Notes under the pieces: model-generated
What the model saw: the letters and a program-made list of their open reading frames with translations, nothing else
Told to the model about the DNA's origin: nothing
The model's database searches: none
Program-made: the position numbers and the translations under genes
Source: Bacteroidales bacterium
GTDB lineage: Bacteria > Bacteroidota > Bacteroidia > Bacteroidales > UBA3663
DNA: 64,000 bases
NCBI GenBank assembly: GCA_017548545.1
Contig: JAFYZW010000100.1
Span: 29,008-93,007, forward strand
Direction of reading: 5' to 3'
Part shown: piece after piece, positions 33,636-43,598 of the stretch
How the letters are laid out: every line of letters starts with the position of its first letter
Numbering within the stretch: position 1 is the stretch's first letter

Positions 33636-34550
33636 ATGAAAGCAAAATCAATTCTGATTCTCTGTCTCTTGTGCATTTTGCTGAGTAGTTGCTTTGACGT
33701 GAAAGATGGAGGGAAACGACCCTCTACGCCTTGGGTACCGCTATCGCAAGACGCAGAGGAAAGTATCGTGGACGACTACGCAGCAGCGCTTGACGAGTTT
33801 GCCTCGATTATGCCGATATTCGGACAAGATACCGAAGCACTTTGGGTTGCAGACACCGTTCATGCGATGGCAAAGACCGTAAAAATGAGCCATTCCCTAT
33901 TCACGAAAAAATATGCCACCATCAGCCAGATGCAGAACTACCTCGGCTATGGAATGGCATATCGTACCGCAATCACAGCAAAAGCCAAGGATGCTGAACT
34001 ATCCGATTATGCACTTCGCATCATCCCGCACTGCGATTCAATCTACACAAGGTTGAGGGAAACGAAGTTTCAGAACGTGACACTGCTTTCCCTCTTCAAT
34101 ATCCTGTCCATACAGAACATGCAGCTATTCACAACACTCACCCGCATCAACAATAATCTGGAGATGGACAAGGAAATCAACTACACGATGTATGCGCTCA
34201 GTGTTGTCGATAGCCTCTCTCGGATAGAGGACTATTCCGACAAGGACATCTACAAGATTTCGGCCATCATGGAATCCACCTCATATTTCCAGATGATTTG
34301 TCCATTGCTGAAGCTCTTTGCAGGGTCAAAGGAGAAATACAATTCGAATATGGTCCTTGTAGACAATGCGGCCCTGCACTTCGATTTTCGTTCCAAGCCG
34401 ATGATTGAAGACTTAGGTTCAGGGAAAAAAGTCTATGTGATGGAGGATGCCAAATTCGAAGAATGGATGCTTGATGCCACCGCTCACAAGGTCAAGCTGC
34501 TGAAACTCCTGACGCAGTATGTGAGAGAATATAATCCGAAGGGTGAATAA
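33636..34550 (+). CDS. hypothetical lipoprotein
   Basis: Lipobox MKAKSILILCLLCILLSSC. An exact -7 box lies 61 nt upstream. Composition is visibly more A+T-rich than the neighbours (by eye). No family recognised. Confidence 0.6.
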   Translation: MKAKSILILCLLCILLSSCFDVKDGGKRPSTPWVPLSQDAEESIVDDYAAALDEFASIMPIFGQDTEALWVADTVHAMAKTVKMSHSLFTKKYATISQMQNYLGYGMAYRTAITAKAKDAELSDYALRIIPHCDSIYTRLRETKFQNVTLLSLFNILSIQNMQLFTTLTRINNNLEMDKEINYTMYALSVVDSLSRIEDYSDKDIYKISAIMESTSYFQMICPLLKLFAGSKEKYNSNMVLVDNAALHFDFRSKPMIEDLGSGKKVYVMEDAKFEEWMLDATAHKVKLLKLLTQYVREYNPKGE

Positions 34551-34602
34551 AAAGTATCGCAAGTGATGACGACCATTTCAGGTGCTTCACTTGCGATACT
34601 TT
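34551..34602. terminator. bidirectional hairpin between convergent genes (lipoprotein / SIMPL)
   Basis: AAAGTATCGCAAGTGA-(20 nt)-TCACTTGCGATACTTT, a 16-bp perfect stem flanked by A and T runs. Confidence 0.7.
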
Positions 34603-34625
34603 TGTTTCTAAGGAATTGGAAGGGA

Positions 34626-35312
34626 TTACTTCAAATAGTAATCGATTGTGGTGACGACGCGAACTTTGCGTTTGTGAGGCATCACGTCGTCGCTTTCAAT
34701 CTCGAACTGGCCCTGACGGGCGGTGCAAATGCTACCGAGCTTTGCTCCGGCATCTTCGGCGAACTTCTGTGCCACGATGCGGGCGTTCTTGGTGGCCTCC
34801 TCCACCATCTCGGGCTTCAGGCCATTCAGTCCCGTGTATTCGTAGCTGCAATAGCTGTTGTCGAGGATGACACCCTGCTTCAGCAGGTCGAGCTGCTTCA
34901 TGCGGAGATTCATGATCTTCTCGACGTCGGAGGAAACGATGGTCAGTCGGCCTGTAACGACAAAACGGTCAATGAGACCCTTCTTCTCGTTCCAGTTGTA
35001 CCACGACGAACGGTCTTCGGCCGATGGGACATCACGGAAGATCTCTTCATCCTTCACACCATTGGCCTTGAGGAAGCGGATGAGCTTCTCCTGCTTTGGC
35101 TCAAGACTCTCGTAGAGGAACTCAAGCGCATTGCCGGTGACGTTGAACGACAGCGACCAGGTCACTTTGTCGGCAATCACTTCGCGCTCGGAAAGGCCCT
35201 TGACGGTAACATGACGATCCTTGTTGGCAAAATGTTCGATGCCAAGATAGATGAAGTAGCCCGACAGTGCCACTCCGATACCGAGGATCAATGCCCAAAC
35301 ATAGTTTTTCAT
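34626..35312 (-). CDS. SIMPL (DUF541) domain protein
   Basis: N-terminal TM segment, then RHVTVKGLSEREVIADKVTWSLSFNVTGN...RLTIVSSDVEKI...EEATKNARIVAQKFAEDAG. Start trimmed to the ATG at 35312, with a -7 box 30 nt upstream. Confidence 0.7.
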   Translation of the reverse strand: MKNYVWALILGIGVALSGYFIYLGIEHFANKDRHVTVKGLSEREVIADKVTWSLSFNVTGNALEFLYESLEPKQEKLIRFLKANGVKDEEIFRDVPSAEDRSSWYNWNEKKGLIDRFVVTGRLTIVSSDVEKIMNLRMKQLDLLKQGVILDNSYCSYEYTGLNGLKPEMVEEATKNARIVAQKFAEDAGAKLGSICTARQGQFEIESDDVMPHKRKVRVVTTIDYYLK

Positions 35313-35342
35313 ATTCTCAATTATTAGTGGTTTATTGTGCTG

Positions 35343-35350
35343 CAAAGATA
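35343..35350 (-). promoter_or_regulatory. -7 box TATCTTTG (SIMPL gene)
   Basis: Exact match, 30 nt upstream of the ATG at 35312. Confidence 0.6.
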
Positions 35351-35465
35351 GGATATTTCATCCAATTATGCAAGAAAAGAATGGAAAATTGTGCGAATAC
35401 CATTCACCTTTGTTCGAAAAATGCATTTGCAAGGCCTTAGATTTGGCAATAATAGAAATAATAAC

Positions 35466-35473
35466 TATCTTTG
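35466..35473 (+). promoter_or_regulatory. -7 box TATCTTTG (GH2 gene)
   Basis: Exact match, 23 nt upstream of the ATG at 35497. Confidence 0.6.
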
Positions 35474-35496
35474 CGGCACACAATAAACAACACACT

Positions 35497-38400
35497 ATGC
35501 TCAAGAAAACGTTTTTTACTTTCTTCATTATTTCTTTCATCGTAACAGCGGCAACTGCGCAGCGTATGCGCTACAACTTCAACGCCGACTGGCAAATCAC
35601 TTTTGCCGACCCCGACCAGCAGACGGATGTCGAGAGCCAACACGTCACCCTGCCTCATGCCTGGAACGAAGACTTTTCGTTCATGGTCGAGATACGCCAA
35701 CATCCCGATAAGGTAGTATGGTACCAAAAGACTTTCACCTTGCCCGCTTCGGATGCCGGCAAACACGTCATGGTGGAATTCGAGGGAGCACGCCAAGCGG
35801 CAGAGGTTTGGATCAACGGTCATCGCCTCGGTCTGCACGAGAATGGTGTGATGGCTTTCGGCTTCGACCTTACCCATTATATTAATTTCGAGGGTGAGAA
35901 TGTCATCAAGGTACGCACTGACAACGATTGGACCTATCGCGAACGTGCAACTGACACCCGTTTCCAATGGAACAATTCGAACTTCAATGCCAACTTCGGA
36001 GGTTTGCCGAAGAACGTTTGGCTCCACGTGACGGGCGATGTCTATCAGACACTGCCCCTCTATTCGGGCCTCGGCACGACGGGAACGTATATCTACGGCA
36101 CGGACTATGACATCAAGGGCCGCAAGGTGACGGTGAATGCCGAGTCGCAGGTCATCAATGCTTCGGACAAGCCGCAGCGCGTAGCCCTTCAGGTGGAGGT
36201 GCTGGATGCCGAAGGAAATCTCGTCGGAAAGTACAAGGGTCCTGCCCAGCTGGTAGCAGCTGGTGATACCGCTATCGTACGCGCTTCGCGCCGCCTCAGC
36301 GGTATTCACTTCTGGTCGTGGGGCTACGGCTACCTCTACAACGTCAGGACCAGCCTCGTGGTGGGCGGCAAGGTCGGAGATACGGTGACCACACGCACAG
36401 GCTTCCGCAAGACACGCTTTGCAGAAGGAAAGATCTGGCTGAACGACCGTGTGCTGATGATGCATGGCTACGCCCAGCGCACCTCGAACGAATGGCCTGC
36501 CGTGGGCATGAGCGTCCCCGCATGGCTCAGCGACTACTCGAACGACCTGATGGTGCGCTCGGGCGGCAATCTGGTGCGTTGGATGCACGTGACACCGTGG
36601 AAGCAGGATGTGGAGTCGTGCGACCGTGTGGGACTTATCCAGGCCATGCCGGCAGGCGATGCCGAGAAGGATTGCCAAGGACGACAGTGGGAACAACGCT
36701 GCGAACTGATGCGCGATGCCATCATCTACAACCGCAACAACCCTTCCATCCTCTTCTACGAGGGCGGCAACGAGAGCATCAGCCGCGAGCACATGGTGGA
36801 GCTCAAACAGATACGTGACCTATATGACCCGCAGGGCGGACGTGCCATCGGAAGCCGCGAGATGCTCGACATCAACGAGGCGGAATATGGTGGCGAGATG
36901 CTCTACATCAACAAGAGCGGCAAGCATCCGATGTGGGCCATGGAGTACTGCCGCGACGAGGGTTATCGCCAATATTGGGACAACTACTCGTACCCCTTCC
37001 ATCAGGAGGGTGCAGGCCCCTGGTACCGCAAGGCTCCGGCCGACATCTACAACCACAACTCCGACGAACTGGCCATCGAGCATATCCGCCGCTGGTACGA
37101 CTACTACGTACAGCGTCCAGGACAAGGCCGTCGCGTGAGCTCGGGCGGCGTGAAGATCGTCTTTTCGGACACCAACACCCACGGTCGTTCGGAGTTCAGC
37201 TACCGTGTGTCGGGCGTGGTCGATCCCATGCGCATCGAAAAGGAGGGATTCTATGCCGCGCAGGTGATGTGGAACAGCTGGGTGGATATCGACTACAGCC
37301 GCACGCACATCATGGGCCATTGGAACTATCCCGAGGGCGTGAAGAAGAACATCTATGTGGTATCGACCGACCCCGTGGTGGAACTGCTGATCAACGACAG
37401 CCTGGTGGCCCGCAGCACACAGGCCGAATACCGTTTCCTCCACACCTTCAAGGATGTGACATACGTGCCCGGCAAGATACGTGCAGTGGGGCATGCCGAT
37501 GAGAACGACACCACGGTCACCAGCGAACACTGCATCGAGACAGCCGGTCCTGCCGACCACCTGCGGCTCTCCCTCATACAGAGTCCCGAAGGCATGATGG
37601 CCGATGGTGCTGACATGGCACTCGTACAAGTTGAAGTGGTTGACAAGGAAGGACGACGCTGTCCCACCGACAACCACCTCATCCACTGGAAGGTGGAAGG
37701 ACCCGCGGAATACCGTGGCGGCATTGCAAAAAGTCCCGATTTCGACAACTTCATCCTCTCCGAAGTACTGCCCGTGGAATGTGGCGTGAACCGCGTGCTG
37801 GTGCGTTCGACCACGAAAGCCGGCACTATCCGCGTCACCGCCTCGGCCCGTGGCCTTGGACAGGCAAGCGCCAGCAACGGTGAAATCGCGGCTTCGTCGA
37901 TTGTCGGTCCCAACCCGTCGGGATGGAGCGGCAACGGAGCTTCGACCAACCGCGACTGGACCAGCGAGAGCATCAGCTGGCAGACACGTCCCGCACCCAA
38001 TGTGGTCAATGCAGGATTGAGCACCTACATCCCGGGAGCTACCCTGCCCTGCATCCTCGACCGTGGCGAGACGCCCGACGGCCCCTCGTACGCGGATCGT
38101 TTCGAGACCATCAGCATCGCTTCTGTCCAAGCGGGTGCGAATGTCGAAGAGGCTAACAAGAGCTTTGACGACAACGAACTGAGCGAATGGAAAAACGATG
38201 GACGACTGAGCACAGCCTGGATAACATACACCCTCGACCGTCCCGCTGCCATTGACCAGATAAGCCTGAAGCTGACAGGATGGCGCCAACGCAGCTATCC
38301 GCTTGAGATCTATGCGGGAGAAACGCTTGTCTGGAAAGGGGACACACCCAAGTCGCTGGGCTACGTGGAACTTGAAATAGAAAATCCTGTGCAGGCAACG

Positions 38401-38571
38401 ACCTATACCCTCCGACAGATTGGATCATCCACCGACAAGGAGGCTTTCGGACAGATTGTCGAACTGGCTGCACCCAATGCAGGAGAGCTCGACCTTTACA
38501 AGAGTGCCAATGGCGACAAGGTAAAGGGCGAGCTTAGAATCGTAGAGATTGATTTTCTAAAAAAGCGATGA
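35497..38571 (+). CDS. glycoside hydrolase family 2 protein with a C-terminal F5/8 type C (discoidin) domain
   Basis: Signal peptide MLKKTFFTFFIISFIVTAATAQ. GH2 features NFNADWQITF, HVTLPHAWNED and the acid/base region NRNNPSILFYEGGNE. C-terminal FDDNELSEWKNDGRLSTAWITYTL. Confidence 0.8.
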   Translation: MLKKTFFTFFIISFIVTAATAQRMRYNFNADWQITFADPDQQTDVESQHVTLPHAWNEDFSFMVEIRQHPDKVVWYQKTFTLPASDAGKHVMVEFEGARQAAEVWINGHRLGLHENGVMAFGFDLTHYINFEGENVIKVRTDNDWTYRERATDTRFQWNNSNFNANFGGLPKNVWLHVTGDVYQTLPLYSGLGTTGTYIYGTDYDIKGRKVTVNAESQVINASDKPQRVALQVEVLDAEGNLVGKYKGPAQLVAAGDTAIVRASRRLSGIHFWSWGYGYLYNVRTSLVVGGKVGDTVTTRTGFRKTRFAEGKIWLNDRVLMMHGYAQRTSNEWPAVGMSVPAWLSDYSNDLMVRSGGNLVRWMHVTPWKQDVESCDRVGLIQAMPAGDAEKDCQGRQWEQRCELMRDAIIYNRNNPSILFYEGGNESISREHMVELKQIRDLYDPQGGRAIGSREMLDINEAEYGGEMLYINKSGKHPMWAMEYCRDEGYRQYWDNYSYPFHQEGAGPWYRKAPADIYNHNSDELAIEHIRRWYDYYVQRPGQGRRVSSGGVKIVFSDTNTHGRSEFSYRVSGVVDPMRIEKEGFYAAQVMWNSWVDIDYSRTHIMGHWNYPEGVKKNIYVVSTDPVVELLINDSLVARSTQAEYRFLHTFKDVTYVPGKIRAVGHADENDTTVTSEHCIETAGPADHLRLSLIQSPEGMMADGADMALVQVEVVDKEGRRCPTDNHLIHWKVEGPAEYRGGIAKSPDFDNFILSEVLPVECGVNRVLVRSTTKAGTIRVTASARGLGQASASNGEIAASSIVGPNPSGWSGNGASTNRDWTSESISWQTRPAPNVVNAGLSTYIPGATLPCILDRGETPDGPSYADRFETISIASVQAGANVEEANKSFDDNELSEWKNDGRLSTAWITYTLDRPAAIDQISLKLTGWRQRSYPLEIYAGETLVWKGDTPKSLGYVELEIENPVQATTYTLRQIGSSTDKEAFGQIVELAAPNAGELDLYKSANGDKVKGELRIVEIDFLKKR

Positions 38572-38596
38572 GGCAACAGATTGCTGCAAGCAATAC

Positions 38597-39310
38597 CTAA
38601 AAGATGGACTTGATCTTCGTGTTGTCGAGCACACGATTGAAGAAATCGTTGACGGGCTTGCCGATACGGAAACCTTCGACAACTCGCTCCACAAGGTCGG
38701 GAGCCAACACTTCGGCCTCGGACAAATCTCGGTAGAGGTCCCAGTCCTTCATGCGTATCAGGTCTTCATAGGGGCTGTTCCTCCACTCCTTCGGCAAAAC
38801 CTTGAGCTTTTCCTCCGACCAGAAGACATAGCCGAAACGGCGCACCTCCTCAGCCTCCACGGCATCGCGCAACTCCTGTCCTTCGTCGAAGATGGCCTGG
38901 CGAATAATCTTCGCAGCCGCTGTAGGAGGACAATGCACACCAACATCGATCATCGAGTTTTCAGAATATTCGCCTTCCTCGTTCCTGGGCTGCAAATGGA
39001 AGTAATAGCCTCCTCCCACACACTTCTTGCCTCCAGGGACGAGGTATAGGCCGAAATGCGTCTTGTACGGGCTCTTGTCCCACGAAAAACGCGTATCGCG
39101 CGCAAAGCGGAAGATGCACTGCTTGGGGTCAAGCCCGCGCAGCAAGGGGTCGATCTGCGCCATCCGGCCCATGATATCTACGCTGAGCGCGTAGAACGTG
39201 TCGCGCGCCTTCTCATACTTCTGTCGGTTAGCGTGCATCCACTCCACGGTGTTGTTATATTTGATTTCACGAAGGAAATCGAAAACCTGTTGAATGTCGT
39301 ATTGTGCCAT
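38597..39310 (-). CDS. DUF2461 (TIGR02453) family protein
   Basis: FLREIKYNNTVEWMHANRQKYEKARDTF...FRFARDTRFSWDKSPYKTHFGLYL is typical of this family. Confidence 0.75.
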   Translation of the reverse strand: MAQYDIQQVFDFLREIKYNNTVEWMHANRQKYEKARDTFYALSVDIMGRMAQIDPLLRGLDPKQCIFRFARDTRFSWDKSPYKTHFGLYLVPGGKKCVGGGYYFHLQPRNEEGEYSENSMIDVGVHCPPTAAAKIIRQAIFDEGQELRDAVEAEEVRRFGYVFWSEEKLKVLPKEWRNSPYEDLIRMKDWDLYRDLSEAEVLAPDLVERVVEGFRIGKPVNDFFNRVLDNTKIKSIF

Positions 39311-39313
39311 AGT

Positions 39314-40036
39314 TTATAATATTTTCATTATCTCGCGCAACGAATGCACCTCGAAGTTGACGGACTCGGTGGGATGGAATGTGCGGGGATTACGGTTAAA
39401 AAACATCACATCGAGGCCGTATGCCTTGGCTCCGAGAATGTCGGTGTCGAAAGTGTCACCTATCATCAAAGTGGTTTCGACCTTGGCCCCCGTCTTTTCC
39501 ATCGCATAGTCGAAGTAGGCGCGAAGTGGCTTGTTGGCTCCCGCATCTTCGCTCAAGATGATGTTGTCGAAGAAGTCTTCCATTTTCGATGCCCGCAGTT
39601 TGCGATACTGCACCTCATGGAAACCATTGCTGCAGAGATGCAGTCCATAGCCCTGAGCTCGGAGATACTTCATCAGATCGTGTGCACCTGCGACGACACC
39701 AGGCTTGTCGGCACAAAGGTCGAGGAAGTGGTCGCTCACCTCCAAACAGTATTCCTTCGTGGGTTCGAAATGCACGCCAGGACTAACGAAACCACAGGAC
39801 AAAGGCCGGCGGAATCGCTCCACGATGAGATAGGGACGATCGATCTTGCCTCTAGCATACTGGCCCCAAAGATCGACATTGGTCTGCCAATAGGGAACAG
39901 TGAAGTCCTCAAGACGCTCGAAATATCGGCCCAGATTGAAATCCTCGTACAGCTCAGCCAAGGCAAGCTTGGCATTGCCGTGCGTATCGTAGAGCGTGTC
40001 GTCGAAGTCGATGAAAAGATCCTTGTATTTCTTCAT
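39314..40036 (-). CDS. HAD-superfamily hydrolase, YjjG-like nucleotidase
   Basis: HAD motif [12 protein letters not shown], motif II LCSNG, motif [15 protein letters not shown]. Start at the ATG at 40036. Confidence 0.75.
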   Translation of the reverse strand: MKKYKDLFIDFDDTLYDTHGNAKLALAELYEDFNLGRYFERLEDFTVPYWQTNVDLWGQYARGKIDRPYLIVERFRRPLSCGFVSPGVHFEPTKEYCLEVSDHFLDLCADKPGVVAGAHDLMKYLRAQGYGLHLCSNGFHEVQYRKLRASKMEDFFDNIILSEDAGANKPLRAYFDYAMEKTGAKVETTLMIGDTFDTDILGAKAYGLDVMFFNRNPRTFHPTESVNFEVHSLREIMKIL

Positions 40037-40043
40037 AGCGGGG

Positions 40044-40051
40044 CAAAGATA
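40044..40051 (-). promoter_or_regulatory. -7 box TATCTTTG (YjjG-like HAD gene)
   Basis: Exact match, 7 nt upstream of the ATG at 40036. Confidence 0.5.
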
Positions 40052-40137
40052 CAAACAATCTGCAACTTCTCCAAATTATTCGTGATATTATTGTAACAAA
40101 ATTCTACCTAATATGTTCATTTGTTCTAAATAATTTG

Positions 40138-40165
40138 TATCTTTGAAAAAAAATAAGTACCTTTG
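40138..40165 (+). promoter_or_regulatory. two tandem -7 boxes, TATCTTTG and TACCTTTG (GH9-like gene)
   Basis: Boxes at 40138-40145 and 40158-40165, which are 74 and 54 nt upstream of the ATG at 40220. Confidence 0.5.
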
Positions 40166-40219
40166 TCGGCGACATATAGTCCATCGAAAGACAGTTCAAT
40201 TTATAAATATTTATAAGCT

Positions 40220-42721
40220 ATGAAAAAATCCCTTCTACTATTCTCCTCGCTCCTCCTGCTTGCGGCATGCAACAGCAAACAGGAAGTGCGACAGGATCTG
40301 GCACTCAACGACCTCGAATATTTCGAGCGACAGGGTGTCAACGTACTGGTCTTCAGCAACCATTTCAATGGTGGCTTCAATGACGAGAAGAACTCCGGCA
40401 TCGAAATCATCCATCATGGCGTGCGCACCGTGCAAGGTGGAGCCGTACGTCTGAACAAGGCACCCGAACAATGGGACCTTGTGCCTAAGACCACTAGCCG
40501 CACCGTGAATCGCGAAGCCGGTCAGATTGAAGTGGGTCTGCGTTTTGACGATTACGACTTCGACAGCCGCATCGTCGTAACGGGTCAGGGTGATGCCGTC
40601 GAGATTGCCGTATGGCTCGACAAGCCCGTTCCCGATGCTTTGGCAGGCAAGGCGGGACTGAACATCGAGTTTCTGCCTTCGCAGTATTGGCTCAAGACCT
40701 ATCTGATGGATGGCCGATTGAATCGCTTCCCGCGCTATGCTGCCAGCGAGACAGAGACACGCCCCAATGCCGAAAAGCCACGTCAGTTCAAGGGATTCAA
40801 GACTTACGATGACCGTGGTACCGATCGCTTCGTCGATCCAAAGCCTCTCGAAAGCGGACACGAAATCATCCTGGCGCCAGATGCTCCCGAAAGAATGATC
40901 AAGGTGACGAGCGACGATGCCGAACTCAGTCTGTATGACGGACGCGTGCTGGCACAGAATGGCTGGTACGTGCTCCGCAGCGTGCTGCCTGCCGGGAAGA
41001 CAGGCAAGGTGGTGAGCTGGCGCGTCGAGCCACATGCCATCCCCGGATGGATACGCGAGCCAAACATCGGCTTTAGTCAGGTGGGATACCTGCCCGAACA
41101 GCCCAAGGTAGCCGTGATTGAACTCGATAAACTCGACAAGGTGCAAAAAGAGGCTTCGATCATCCGCATCAAGCCCGATGGCACCACCGAAAACGCTTAT
41201 CGCGATTCAGTATCAACTTGGGGCGACTATTATAAATATAAATATGTGAAGTTCGACTTCTCGAGCATCACCGAACCTGGTATCTACTACATCCAGTACG
41301 GCGACACCAAGACGGGCAACTTCATCATCGACAAGAGCGTCTATGACAAAATCACCGATGCCACTACCGACGTATGGATTCCTATCCACATGAACCACAT
41401 GACGGTGAACGAAGGCTATCGCATCTGGCATGGCGAACCATTCAAGGAAGGCTATCTGCAGGCTCCTCCGAGCGACCATTTCGACCTCCATTCGCAAGGT
41501 CCTACCACCGACACCAAGTACAAACCCCTACAGCTCATTCCCGGACTGAACATTGGCGGTTTCTTCGATGCTGGCGACTTCGACATCGAGACGGGTTCGA
41601 ACATCAACGTGGTGCAGAACCTCGTTCGCATCTGGGAGCTCTTCCGCAGTAATCGCGATGAGACATTCGTTAGCCAGGAGCAACGGTATGTCGATCTGCA
41701 TCGTCCCGACGGAGTGCCCGACCTTCTGCAATACATCGAGCATGGCACCCTGAATCTCGTGGCCCAAGCCGAACGCATCGGTCACATGTCGCAAACCCTT
41801 TCGAACTCCGTGCTCGACAACTATCATCACCTCGGAGATGCCGCATCGATTACCGATGGTCTGCACTATGACCCGAAGCTGAAGCCTTATCAAGTTTCTT
41901 CGGACGGCAAGCGAAGTGGCACACCTGATGATATGTGGGCCTTTACGACACGCAATCCAGCTCTCGACTTCCGCGCTGCCACCATGTTTGCTGCTGCCAG
42001 CCGTGCCCTCGAAGGATATAACGACGGATTGGCACGCCGCGCACTTGTCCAATCGAAACGACTGATGGCCGAAGCCACCAAACTACTGCATGAGGCCGAC
42101 CTCGGAGCAAACCTGCAGCTTTATGGAGCTACAGGGGAAGAACAATATCTCGAAAAGTTCAAGGCAGGTATCTGGAAGTCGCTCGACAAGCAACTCAACT
42201 TCACACTGCAGACCGCCCTCGATGCCATTCCCTATATGGATGATGCCTATCATGAGCAGTTGCGCCCATACGTCGAGAAGTATCGTGCATTCGTCGATAG
42301 CCTCGACATCGACAACCCCTATGGTGTACCCATCGGACTAGGCAACTGGGCAGCTGGCGGCGGTATCGTGCAATTTGGTGCCACCCTCTGTTTCGCTAAC
42401 AAATACTATCCCGACATCATCGACAAGGCACAGCTCTATCGCGCTGCAAATTGGATCTTCGGTTGTCATCCCTACCACAATTACTCGCTCGTGGCTGCCG
42501 TGGGTGCAGCACGTCCCAAGGCCGTGTTCTATGGCAATAACCGTGCCGACTTTTCGTTCATACCAGGCAACATGGCGCCAGGCGTGCTCTTCCGCAATCC
42601 CGACCATTTCGAAAACTACGACGATTGGCCGTTCCTGTGGGGACAGAACGAAGGCACCATTGCTGGAAATACTCAATACGTAATCTTCGGTCTGGCCTTC
42701 AAGGATAGAGTCAAACAGTAA
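40220..42721 (+). CDS. glycoside hydrolase family 9-like protein with an N-terminal Ig-like (CelD_N) domain
   Basis: Lipobox LLLLAAC. IGFSQVGYLPEQPKVAVIELD...YYIQYGDTKTGNFIIDKSVY (CelD_N-like). GGFFDAGDFD resembles the GH9 DAGD motif. Confidence 0.6.
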   Translation: MKKSLLLFSSLLLLAACNSKQEVRQDLALNDLEYFERQGVNVLVFSNHFNGGFNDEKNSGIEIIHHGVRTVQGGAVRLNKAPEQWDLVPKTTSRTVNREAGQIEVGLRFDDYDFDSRIVVTGQGDAVEIAVWLDKPVPDALAGKAGLNIEFLPSQYWLKTYLMDGRLNRFPRYAASETETRPNAEKPRQFKGFKTYDDRGTDRFVDPKPLESGHEIILAPDAPERMIKVTSDDAELSLYDGRVLAQNGWYVLRSVLPAGKTGKVVSWRVEPHAIPGWIREPNIGFSQVGYLPEQPKVAVIELDKLDKVQKEASIIRIKPDGTTENAYRDSVSTWGDYYKYKYVKFDFSSITEPGIYYIQYGDTKTGNFIIDKSVYDKITDATTDVWIPIHMNHMTVNEGYRIWHGEPFKEGYLQAPPSDHFDLHSQGPTTDTKYKPLQLIPGLNIGGFFDAGDFDIETGSNINVVQNLVRIWELFRSNRDETFVSQEQRYVDLHRPDGVPDLLQYIEHGTLNLVAQAERIGHMSQTLSNSVLDNYHHLGDAASITDGLHYDPKLKPYQVSSDGKRSGTPDDMWAFTTRNPALDFRAATMFAAASRALEGYNDGLARRALVQSKRLMAEATKLLHEADLGANLQLYGATGEEQYLEKFKAGIWKSLDKQLNFTLQTALDAIPYMDDAYHEQLRPYVEKYRAFVDSLDIDNPYGVPIGLGNWAAGGGIVQFGATLCFANKYYPDIIDKAQLYRAANWIFGCHPYHNYSLVAAVGAARPKAVFYGNNRADFSFIPGNMAPGVLFRNPDHFENYDDWPFLWGQNEGTIAGNTQYVIFGLAFKDRVKQ

Positions 42722-43478
42722 AAAACTTGTTCCCCGCAAAATCCTGGTGTTCACCGTGATGTATGTAGCCCAACTGGTCGCAAACCAGTTGGGTTTTTCC
42801 TATCTCCATGCCAATGTTGTAATGTGAGTGTCCAAAGATCCAATATTTGATGGGACTTTGTGCAATATAGGGTGCCAATTCGACGGCGAAGGCCCCGCTA
42901 TACGACTTGCTGGCAAACTCCGGATAAAGGAGCTTGAACGTAGGCACGTGATGCGAAGCCACGACGATATGCTTTGCCGTACTCTCGCTGACGGCACGTT
43001 GCAGGAATGCCAGACAACGCTCATGCTCCTCATTGAAACGTGGCCACGTCAGACTCTCCTCCCCCGAGCGAATGCGATGGAAATCGGTCACACCAAACTG
43101 CGTATAGCGTCCATTTTCGGGGGCAACCCTTGACCAAAGCGTTGTCGCTATCAGATCGATGTCTTCGCCCAAACGTATCACGCAATTGTAATAACAATGC
43201 ACATTGCGTCGGATGGGCAACACCCACCCTTCGTGCAGCGTGTTGATGTCGAAAAACTGATAGAACTCATGGTTACCGGGCACGACAATTACCTGCTGAT
43301 AGTGTTCGGAAGCCCAATCCCAGAATGGATGTGAAGTGTAGGTCGCGTCAACGCCCAAATAGCCAATATCGCCAGCAAGTACGAGCACCTCGCCCATCAC
43401 TTGGATGGGATGTTGGATCAAGTATTCACCGTTTCTCTTGTATTCGAGATGCAGGTCGGAGGCGTATTGAATTCTCAT
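42711..43478 (-). CDS. metallophosphoesterase
   Basis: YASDLHLE, LVLAGDIGY, VPGNHEF, GHSH are the calcineurin-like phosphoesterase motifs. Confidence 0.85.
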   Translation of the reverse strand: MRIQYASDLHLEYKRNGEYLIQHPIQVMGEVLVLAGDIGYLGVDATYTSHPFWDWASEHYQQVIVVPGNHEFYQFFDINTLHEGWVLPIRRNVHCYYNCVIRLGEDIDLIATTLWSRVAPENGRYTQFGVTDFHRIRSGEESLTWPRFNEEHERCLAFLQRAVSESTAKHIVVASHHVPTFKLLYPEFASKSYSGAFAVELAPYIAQSPIKYWIFGHSHYNIGMEIGKTQLVCDQLGYIHHGEHQDFAGNKFFTV

Positions 43479-43504
43479 GGGATAACTGTCTTCAATTTGT
43501 GGTG

Positions 43505-43512
43505 CAAAGATA
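43505..43512 (-). promoter_or_regulatory. -7 box TATCTTTG (metallophosphoesterase gene)
   Basis: Exact match, 26 nt upstream of the ATG at 43478. Confidence 0.6.
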
Positions 43513-43586
43513 GGGGTTTTTCATGAAAAAAGCAAATATTGCAAAGATATTTGTGAATTGATAATTGTTAATTGAGAAATAATCAG

Positions 43587-43594
43587 TATCTTTG
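43587..43594 (+). promoter_or_regulatory. -7 box TATCTTTG (SDR / AMP-binding operon), 4 nt from the ATG at 43599
   Basis: Exact match. It lies inside the longer track ORF that starts at 43572. Confidence 0.55.
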
Positions 43595-43598
43595 CAGC

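Noticed and set aside
35437-38289. Very long minus-strand ORFs (451 and 489 aa) opposite the GH2 gene.
   Set aside because: The plus frame carries the signal peptide, GH2 motifs and discoidin domain. The antisense ORFs are Arg/Ala/His/Val-rich shadow frames typical of G+C-rich coding DNA.
42711-42721. Convergent gene overlaps (GH9/metallophosphoesterase 11 nt; AMP-binding/nadE 4 nt at 45933-45936).
   Set aside because: Short 3'-3' overlaps are common in compact bacterial genomes, and no additional structure was seen there.
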